This document shows positions 38,359 through 45,324 of a stretch of 52,002 nucleotides of DNA, one piece after another (position 1 is the stretch's first letter; every line of letters begins with the position of its first letter). The position numbers and the translations under genes are program-made. Below the pieces are notes generated by a model that was not told the DNA's origin, did not search any database, and saw nothing but the letters and a program-made list of their open reading frames with translations. The stretch is from a virus (Duplodnaviria > Caudoviricetes): positions 1-52,002 of the IMG/VR virus record IMGVR_UViG_3300033998_000186; one strand, written 5' to 3'.

Positions 38359-40215
38359 ATGGCGTTTGATGAACAAAAGCATATAGACCAGCTAGTCTAT
38401 ATGTATGAAAAAGGCTTTACAAATATACTATGGTTATTGCAGAGTTCACCAGATAATACGTATTATCGCGATATACTGGCAGATATCCGTGGAATATTGA
38501 AAACGCTAGATAAAGACGCCGATAAAAATATAAAGCAACTTATATCCCAAGCATATTCCTACAATGCGTCGCAAACCATGGCATTTTTAAAAAGCTTAGG
38601 GAAACAGCAAAAACCGGGTTTTGCACAGATACACCAACGCGCCGTAGATGTGTTAGCGCAAAATCTTAGCGGTAATTTACGTAATGCCACGCAGTATGTC
38701 GGGCGCCGTGTTAATGATATTTTTAGCGCTGTAGCATTAGAAACTGCTGGAGAAAAGTATGTAATGGGCGCGACTATTGGCGATATGCGGGATAATCTTA
38801 TTAACCGGCTAGTTGATGAAGGGTATACCGCTTTTGTCGACCGATTGGGGAGAGAATGGCGGTTGGACACTTATGCGTCAATGGTAGCACGTACAATAAC
38901 CAGAGAAGCAGCCAGCGTTGCGGTATTAAATGAATGCGAAGAATTTGATGTGGACTTAGTAATGTTTAGCACACATAAACTAGCCTGTGAATTATGCCAA
39001 ACACTGCAAGGAAAGGTTTACAGTATTAGCGGAAATGATAAACGCTATCCAAAACTAACCGATGAAATTCGGCCACCCGTGCACCCAAATTGCCGGCATT
39101 CTATTCAGCCGTATATTAGGGAGCTGGATGATAATGCAGAGGAAACAGAACGTAGGAGCTGGCGAGAAATAAAACCAGACGCGGCGGCGGTTGCGGCTTA
39201 TACACGAACGCAAAAAGCTCCGGGCGCGGTAGAGGAAATATTGCGGAATCCACAAATACAGCAATTTGATTTACCTCTTAGGCGCCAAATAGAACAGGAT
39301 TTGCGCGGCATGTCGCCAGAGTTCTTAAAGGTTATACAGAAATCATTGCCAAATGTTATTATACAAGTGCGGCACGATAATGCCGTCAGCTGCTATCATT
39401 GGGGTGTTAAAAAAATAGAGCTGCAAATTGGGCAGTCTGTAGAAGATACGGCAAGATCTTTTTGGCATGAATACGGGCACTTTGTAGATGATATAAGCGC
39501 CGGGAATGGACTGACTTTGGCCGCTACTTCTAAATCTAGTATAAATAAAAATGTTTTGCCGAAGTTTTACAAATTAAGATATGACGACGCAACGCATTTT
39601 ATAAATAATGCTGAGTATGAAATTTCTAATAATAGAATATACTATAAAGGCAGGCGTATAGCTGAGACGCCGGCCGCGCAAGATAAGTTGCTAGAAAAAA
39701 TAAATGATAAAATAGCGCATGACATAGGGCGCGACGCGGCAGAAGAATATTTAGAAGAGCATGGCATACCAAAAAATCCTAACATGGATGACTTTTATAT
39801 ATTTAAACCTGATTGGAGCGCAGAAGAAAAATATCCCGGCGCGGCAGAAGAATATAACAATTTGCGGGAAAAATATTTGCAAGCGCTCAAAAATATAACG
39901 CCTGAAATGCAGCGAGACGTTGAACGACTGCGGCAAGAATACGAACGGAATAAAATCTATGTAGGCGGTATAACAGACAGTTTAGACGCTTTAGTTGAAG
40001 GTGATTTTAATATGCAGCTGCTTTGGGGCGGCCATAGCGCAGACTATTATCAGCGCTATCCAGAAATGCCTATTGTAGAAATTTGGGCAAATTGGTTTCA
40101 AGCGCATGCGCAACGAAAGCTGACGCATTTATATACAGAGTATATGCCGAATATAGATAAAGAGCTGGAAGCTCAATGGGAAGAGCTGCTAAAAGCAGCA
40201 TTTGGAGGTGAATAA
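38359..40215 (+). CDS. Minor capsid (MuF-like) protein with C-terminal zincin-like extension
   Basis: GR.W.LD.YA.M..RT, C..C...QGKVYS, HPNCRH; later FWHEYGHFVD and EIWANWF. Confidence 0.82.
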   Translation: MAFDEQKHIDQLVYMYEKGFTNILWLLQSSPDNTYYRDILADIRGILKTLDKDADKNIKQLISQAYSYNASQTMAFLKSLGKQQKPGFAQIHQRAVDVLAQNLSGNLRNATQYVGRRVNDIFSAVALETAGEKYVMGATIGDMRDNLINRLVDEGYTAFVDRLGREWRLDTYASMVARTITREAASVAVLNECEEFDVDLVMFSTHKLACELCQTLQGKVYSISGNDKRYPKLTDEIRPPVHPNCRHSIQPYIRELDDNAEETERRSWREIKPDAAAVAAYTRTQKAPGAVEEILRNPQIQQFDLPLRRQIEQDLRGMSPEFLKVIQKSLPNVIIQVRHDNAVSCYHWGVKKIELQIGQSVEDTARSFWHEYGHFVDDISAGNGLTLAATSKSSINKNVLPKFYKLRYDDATHFINNAEYEISNNRIYYKGRRIAETPAAQDKLLEKINDKIAHDIGRDAAEEYLEEHGIPKNPNMDDFYIFKPDWSAEEKYPGAAEEYNNLREKYLQALKNITPEMQRDVERLRQEYERNKIYVGGITDSLDALVEGDFNMQLLWGGHSADYYQRYPEMPIVEIWANWFQAHAQRKLTHLYTEYMPNIDKELEAQWEELLKAAFGGE

Positions 40216-40217
40216 TA

Positions 40218-40436
40218 ATGGACAGAATGGCATTATTAACTAAGTTGTTTAATATACAAGAATCGCCAAATACTATACAGTATTTAGCTAAATACGGTAT
40301 TGACGCGGCTATATCGTCTTACTTGATACCAAAAAATAAGTACGCGAATGCAGAAGAGCTTTATGCCGACTGCTTGCGGCAAGGAGTACGGTGGGAAGAA
40401 ATTATTAAAGAGCCGCCAGCGAATGTGCTTTTATAA
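40218..40436 (+). CDS. Hypothetical protein (72 aa) directly after the MuF-like gene
   Basis: GGAGGTG RBS; starts 2 nt after the stop. Confidence 0.65.
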   Translation: MDRMALLTKLFNIQESPNTIQYLAKYGIDAAISSYLIPKNKYANAEELYADCLRQGVRWEEIIKEPPANVLL

Positions 40437-40451
40437 AGGGGGTGAAGAAGA

Positions 40452-41022
40452 ATGCCTATGTCGAACAAACTTTGGGGGCAATTTAAAGAGAGCGATTATA
40501 CATTGGAGCAGTGGCACCGGGCGTGCTTGATACATTTGCATGACGGCCAGCTGACCAGCAAAGCGCAATAAAAGCTGCTAGTATAATAGCGCATGCTCTT
40601 TTATAATACAACCAAGTTTTGCTAGTAATACCAATTTTATAAGTGCTTAAGGGCGCATAGTGCGTATTTTTTCCTATAAGCGGATAACGTAATATTTTAT
40701 ATATATGTTATAGGAAAAATGATGCACTATGAGCACTTAAGCACTTATAAAATTGGTATTACTAGCAAAACTTGGATGTTATATACTGCATGCCGTAAAA
40801 AACCAAGTTTTTACCACCGCGCAATGCAAGCTGCCAGTCAGAGAGCCAGATGGAACGCTTAACAAGAATGGCGTCCATGCGGCTGCTGCGGCGTTGGCCG
40901 GGGCCAGGGGCGGAGTTGACGCGCCTTTAACAGAAAAAAGAAAGGCAGCCAGGAAATTATTAGCGCTATATCGTAAATTAGAGGAGGAGCCGCCGGCAAG
41001 TATTCAAAAATTAGCCGGCTAA
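40452..41022 (+). pseudogene. Head-module gene split by a 256-bp insertion
   Basis: 5' half MPMSNKLWGQFKESDYTLEQWHRACLIHLHDGQLTSKAQ* (40452-40571); 3' half AQCKLPVREPDGTLNKNGVHAAAAALAGARGG... (40819-41022); halves join at a duplicated AQ.KL.V. Confidence 0.7.
40610..40811. repeat. 191-bp palindromic unit, copy C (164-bp hairpin 40612-40775)
   Basis: 68-bp arms (63/68 complementary, outer 40 perfect), 28-nt loop, 27-nt spacer; bounded by direct repeat aaccaagtttt at 40610 and 40801. Confidence 0.9.
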
Positions 41023-41059
41023 CTTAGCAAAATAATATAATTTTTGGATTGTGAAAAAG

Positions 41060-41074
41060 TGTGATATAATATAA
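41060..41074 (+). promoter_or_regulatory. Extended -10 promoter motif upstream of scaffold/capsid
   Basis: tgtgatataatataa, identical to 35247-35261. Confidence 0.55.
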
Positions 41075-41127
41075 TAAAGATTTAGAATCACGGTAACATG
41101 TGCCGGTTAAACATGGGAGGTAATAAA

Positions 41128-41727
41128 ATGATAGACTTACAAATGTTCGCCGAGGATACAGCAGAGCCAAAAATTAACGACGCTGGTATAACTGACGAAA
41201 CATTGAAAGACATGCCACAGCAAAATGCTGGAAAGACGTTCACGCAGGAAGAGATTGATAAAATAATCGCTGACAGGTTGAAGCGCGAACGGGAGAAATA
41301 CAAAGACTATGAAGAACTAAAAAAGAACGCGGCTGAATACCAGAAATGGAAGGAAAGCCAAATGACCGAGGCCGAAAAACTTCAGGCGAAACTGGCAGAA
41401 TATGAGAAAACGCTGGCTGATAAAGAACTTGAGCTTGCGGCTATAAAGACAGACGCACTAAAGCAAAAAATATTGGCTGATATGGGCTTGCCATTGAATG
41501 TGGCTGGCAGAATATTCGGCACTACAGAAGAAGAAATCAAGAAAGACGCTGAAGAGTTAAAAGCCTTGCTGAATATCCAAGCCAAAACCATTGGCGGCGG
41601 CACGAATCCAGCAGGCGGCTCGAGCGTGCCGGCTTTTACACGTGAGCAAATAAAGCGCATGACGCCAGACGAAATTAACGCAAATTGGGATGCTATCAGC
41701 AAACTGATGGCCGAAGGAAAAATATAA
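41128..41727 (+). CDS. Capsid scaffolding protein (DUF4355-like)
   Basis: MIDLQMFAE, KTFTQEEIDKIIADRLKRE; ATG 41128 after GGAGG; precedes capsid. Confidence 0.85.
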   Translation: MIDLQMFAEDTAEPKINDAGITDETLKDMPQQNAGKTFTQEEIDKIIADRLKREREKYKDYEELKKNAAEYQKWKESQMTEAEKLQAKLAEYEKTLADKELELAAIKTDALKQKILADMGLPLNVAGRIFGTTEEEIKKDAEELKALLNIQAKTIGGGTNPAGGSSVPAFTREQIKRMTPDEINANWDAISKLMAEGKI

Positions 41728-41741
41728 AGGAGGTTATATAA

Positions 41742-42596
41742 ATGGCAATAGATAATTTTATTCCAGAAATATGGAGCGCCAGGCTCCTGGAAAATCTAAG
41801 AAAAAATCTGGTTTTTGGCCAGATTGGGGTAGTAAACAGAGATTATGAAGGCGAAATAAGACAAATGGGGGATACTGTCAGAATAAATAGTATCGGCCCG
41901 ATAACTATTGGCACGTATACAAAAAATACTAATATTGGAGACCCTGAAACCCTGGCTGATGAGCAAACAATGTTAGTAATTGACCAGGCGAAATACTTTA
42001 ATTTTCAGGTTGACGATATAGATAAAGCGCAGCAAAATCCTAAAATTATGGACAATGCTATGCAAGAAGCTGCATATGGTTTGCGTGATGTCGCAGATAA
42101 GTATATTGCAAATGAAATATACTTAAATGCTTTAGCCGGAAATATAATAGGTAGCGACACCACGCCAGTAGTACCTACAAAAGAAAACGCGTATGAATAT
42201 TTAGTAGATTTGGGCGTTATATTGACAGAAGCAAGTATACCGTTAGAAAACCGTTGGGTAATTGTCCCCCCGTGGTTTTACGGCTTATTACTGAAAGATG
42301 ACAGATTTATCGACGCAAGCAAAGCCGGGACTGCTGCCGGTTTGCGAAATGGCCAAGTTGGCGACGCTGCGGGTTTTACTGTTTTACAATCGCATAATGT
42401 GCCAAATGTAGCTGGAGCGCAATATAAAATTATAGCCGGCCATCCAATGGCATTTAGCTATGCAGAACAAATTAATAGCGTGGAAGCGTACAGACCGGAA
42501 AAGCGCTTTGCGGACGCAGTCAAAGGTTTGCATTTATACGGCGGTAAGTTAATAAGACCGGAAGCCGTGGCGGTATTAATAGCAAACAAGGCGTGA
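41742..42596 (+). CDS. Major capsid protein
   Basis: FIPEIWSARLL, NRDYEGEI...GDTV.I, FADAVKGLHLYG. Confidence 0.9.
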   Translation: MAIDNFIPEIWSARLLENLRKNLVFGQIGVVNRDYEGEIRQMGDTVRINSIGPITIGTYTKNTNIGDPETLADEQTMLVIDQAKYFNFQVDDIDKAQQNPKIMDNAMQEAAYGLRDVADKYIANEIYLNALAGNIIGSDTTPVVPTKENAYEYLVDLGVILTEASIPLENRWVIVPPWFYGLLLKDDRFIDASKAGTAAGLRNGQVGDAAGFTVLQSHNVPNVAGAQYKIIAGHPMAFSYAEQINSVEAYRPEKRFADAVKGLHLYGGKLIRPEAVAVLIANKA

Positions 42597-42602
42597 TAAC
42601 GC

Positions 42603-42845
42603 ATGTGGATAAAAAATAAAAAAACAAATTTAACCTGGGAGGTAGATAGTGAACTAGCTAAAAAGCTAGTTCACTATAAAGACTTTGAGGGGGTGGCGAA
42701 ACCGTGTCAATCACCGTCGGAACAAACAGCTACATCGATATCGCCGGAGCAGACGAATACTTTAGCGCCAGACTTCATGCCGACGCCTGGGCAAACGCCA
42801 GCGCCGATGACAAAGAAAAGGCGCTCAAGCAAGCGACAAAAATAA
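42603..42845 (+). CDS. Hypothetical protein after capsid
   Basis: ORF starts 6 nt after the capsid stop but overlaps the next gene by about 140 nt. Confidence 0.45.
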   Translation: MWIKNKKTNLTWEVDSELAKKLVHYKDFEGVAKPCQSPSEQTATSISPEQTNTLAPDFMPTPGQTPAPMTKKRRSSKRQK

Positions 42846-43198
42846 TAGACCGGCAATTATTTAAAGGCAGACCGGTTGACTTAAGCCAGCCTCTTGCCTT
42901 TCCAAGATGTTATCTGGCGCCAGGCGCTCCAGCGTCTCAGTATCGCTTTGATATACTGCCCGGCTGGTGGTGTGAAACTGATGTGCCGCAAGCAGTGAAA
43001 GACGCTTGCTGTGAAGAAGCCTTGGCATTAATCGCAGCCGACAGCGAACGCGCTAAATTAATCCAAGACGGCGTAATAAGTTTTAGCATTGGCGACCTGT
43101 CCGAAACGTATAGACCGAACGCCATGCGAGGCCTCCATTCATTGGAAGCGCAAGAATATATGCGGCCATATATAGCTGGGGCGGCGGCGATATTATGA
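42704..43198 (+). CDS. Head-tail adaptor
   Basis: NSYI....ADEYF, AL..AT..ID, Q.LAFPR, VP..VK.A.CE.AL, S.SIGDLS.TY. Confidence 0.78.
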   Translation: MSITVGTNSYIDIAGADEYFSARLHADAWANASADDKEKALKQATKIIDRQLFKGRPVDLSQPLAFPRCYLAPGAPASQYRFDILPGWWCETDVPQAVKDACCEEALALIAADSERAKLIQDGVISFSIGDLSETYRPNAMRGLHSLEAQEYMRPYIAGAAAIL

Positions 43199-43485
43199 AA
43201 GGTTATTTTAATCAAACAGCGTTGTGGCAAAGAATTACAGGTTATAACGACTATGGAGAGCCTATTTTTTCCAGTACACTGATAAAGGTGCGCTGGGAGG
43301 AGCGACAGCAGATAACGCGCGATAAATACGGCGAGAACGTAGTATCCGAAGCGCGGGCATTTTGTACGGAGCCGGTGCAGATAGGCGATAGGCTGATTTA
43401 CAATGACCAAGAATGGACAGTTATTAACGTCCGTGATGGCGTGGGATTAAATGGAAACGTTGTTTTTAGGGAGGTGCTATGCTGA
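43195..43485 (+). CDS. Head closure protein
   Basis: Synteny; NDYGEP, GE.VVS.A. Confidence 0.68.
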   Translation: MKGYFNQTALWQRITGYNDYGEPIFSSTLIKVRWEERQQITRDKYGENVVSEARAFCTEPVQIGDRLIYNDQEWTVINVRDGVGLNGNVVFREVLC

Positions 43486-43835
43486 TGAAACTGAATTGGT
43501 ACGGCGCGCAAGTCAATGCGACCGCTAAAACGGCGGCAAAACGCGGGCTAAGAAAATGCGCGGCCGACCTGCAACAAAAAAGCGCGGCCGAGGCACCGAT
43601 CCATAACGGCGACCTGCGCGCAAACTGCTCCGTAACACCTTTTCATGAGACGGCCAACACCGTATCGTTGAAAGTAGGTTATGATTTGCCATATGCTGTT
43701 AAACAGCATGAAAATTTACTATACAGACATCCGATGGGCGGCAAGGCCAAATATTTGGAGGATCCATTTAACGCTAACAAGGCTAAGTATAGGGTTTTTG
43801 TCGCGCAGGCGGTAGATAAGGGATTATCAAAATGA
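43479..43835 (+). CDS. Neck protein (HK97 gp10-like)
   Basis: AP...GDLR, PYA..QHE...Y.H..GGKAKYLEDP. Confidence 0.75.
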   Translation: MLMKLNWYGAQVNATAKTAAKRGLRKCAADLQQKSAAEAPIHNGDLRANCSVTPFHETANTVSLKVGYDLPYAVKQHENLLYRHPMGGKAKYLEDPFNANKAKYRVFVAQAVDKGLSK

Positions 43836-44200
43836 TGTTAGATGATATCGCGGGTTACTTACAAAACGTGGCAACGCCGATTTATAAAGGCACCATGCCA
43901 GACACGCCGGATGATTGTATCGGGCTTTTTGAGTACGCGGGCGAGCCTATTAGCCTCGATTGGCGCGGCGAAAGCCCGAACTTACAAGTTCTGGTGCGTA
44001 ATAAGTCATATGAGCAAGGGCGGCTGATAATAGCCAACATCCAGCAGGCACTTCATGGAATTAACAACATGGATATAAATGGGACACGCTATTTATTAAT
44101 ACGCGCGCTTCAAAGCCCTGAGCACCTAGGGCGGGACGAAAACAACAGGTGCGAATTCGTACAAAATTTTCAAATAATTAAGGAGGTAAAATTATCATGA
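43832..44200 (+). CDS. Tail terminator / minor capsid protein
   Basis: MPDTPD.CI, P.LQVLVR, LGRDENNR.EF..NF. Confidence 0.75.
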   Translation: MMLDDIAGYLQNVATPIYKGTMPDTPDDCIGLFEYAGEPISLDWRGESPNLQVLVRNKSYEQGRLIIANIQQALHGINNMDINGTRYLLIRALQSPEHLGRDENNRCEFVQNFQIIKEVKLS

Positions 44201-44616
44201 TAATGACAGGAATGGGAACAAAGTTCCAGATAGAAAATACCACCACGCCGGGGACGTTCGATGACGTAGGCAGCATGGCCTCTATAACTCCGCCTCAGCT
44301 TTCGCGGGATACGGTAGAGGTTTCCAGCTTGGATCCGGGCGACGGTTACAAAGACTATCTGGTCGGGCTCAAGGATGGCGGCGAGGTTACAGTAACGGTA
44401 AACTTTGACAGCGCGGATGCTGGGCAAACAGCGCTATATAACGCGTTCGAGGACGGCGAAAATCATAACTATAAAATAGTATTTCCAGATGCTTCTAATT
44501 GGACATTCGCGGGCTATATAACTGGATACGCACCGGCCGACGTAGCGCCTGCTGATGTTATGCAGGTAGAAGTTACCATTAGGACGAGCGGCAAACCAGT
44601 ATTCGCTAAAGTATAA
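44197..44616 (+). CDS. Major tail tube protein (siphovirus type)
   Basis: RDTVEV, Y..GLKDGGEV, YKIVFPD...WTF.GY, SGKP; no sheath gene nearby. Confidence 0.85.
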   Translation: MIMTGMGTKFQIENTTTPGTFDDVGSMASITPPQLSRDTVEVSSLDPGDGYKDYLVGLKDGGEVTVTVNFDSADAGQTALYNAFEDGENHNYKIVFPDASNWTFAGYITGYAPADVAPADVMQVEVTIRTSGKPVFAKV

Positions 44617-44629
44617 TAGGAGGTAAAGA

Positions 44630-44989
44630 ATGGCTATATTAAAAAAGGATGATATCCTGAACGCACAGGATTTACCATTTAAGGATGTAGAGGTGCCGCA
44701 ATGGGGCGGCACCGTACGCATCCGGGCGTTAAACAGCGCCGAGCGCGACGCGTTCGAGCAGAGTATAACGCAATTTCGCGGGAATGATGTCGATTTCAAA
44801 ATGAGCAATATCCGTGCTAAGCTAGTCGCGCTGACTGCGGTGGATGAAAACGGTAACAAGTTATTTACTTTAGCTGACGCAGAAAAACTTGGGAAAAAAT
44901 CCGCTGTGGTTATGGATAAACTATTTCAGGCGGCACAGGAACTTTCGGGAATGCGCCAGCAAGACTTGGATGACGCTATAAAAAACTAA
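44630..44989 (+). CDS. Tail assembly chaperone
   Basis: VEVPQWGG.V.IR.L...ERD; ends in A AAA AAC TAA. Confidence 0.82.
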   Translation: MAILKKDDILNAQDLPFKDVEVPQWGGTVRIRALNSAERDAFEQSITQFRGNDVDFKMSNIRAKLVALTAVDENGNKLFTLADAEKLGKKSAVVMDKLFQAAQELSGMRQQDLDDAIKN

Positions 44990-45324
44990 TAGAAAGGCCG
45001 GCGCGAAGGTTTTACTTCCGCTTGGCCTTAGCTTTAGGAATGACGGTAAAAGAGCTTTTGGAAAGAGTTGACAGTAAAGAGCTGACGGAGTGGATGGCAT
45101 ATTATACATTAGAGCCGTTCGGCCAGCCGGCGGATGATTTGCGCATGGGAATAATCGCCAGCACCGAGGCAAACGCACACCGCGATCCAAAACGGAAAGC
45201 TTTTACACCGAATGATTTTATTCCAGATTATAGCAAAAAACACCAAAGTATAGAAGAGCAAAAAACGCTGGTCATGCAATGGAACGCATTGCTGGGCGGC
45301 GATATAAAGGAGGCGAGCGAATGA
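44980..45324 (+). CDS. -1 frameshift extension of the tail chaperone (gpGT-like)
   Basis: -1 frame KLIERPARRFYFRLALALGMTVKELL...ELTEWMAYY..EPFG. Confidence 0.78.
   Translation, partial: KKLIERPARRFYFRLALALGMTVKELLERVDSKELTEWMAYYTLEPFGQPADDLRMGIIASTEANAHRDPKRKAFTPNDFIPDYSKKHQSIEEQKTLVMQWNALLGGDIKEASE

Noticed and set aside
40753-40818. N-terminus of the listed 89-aa ORF 40753-41022
   Set aside because: It is read out of the inserted hairpin and has no RBS; the real 5' half appears to be 40452-40571
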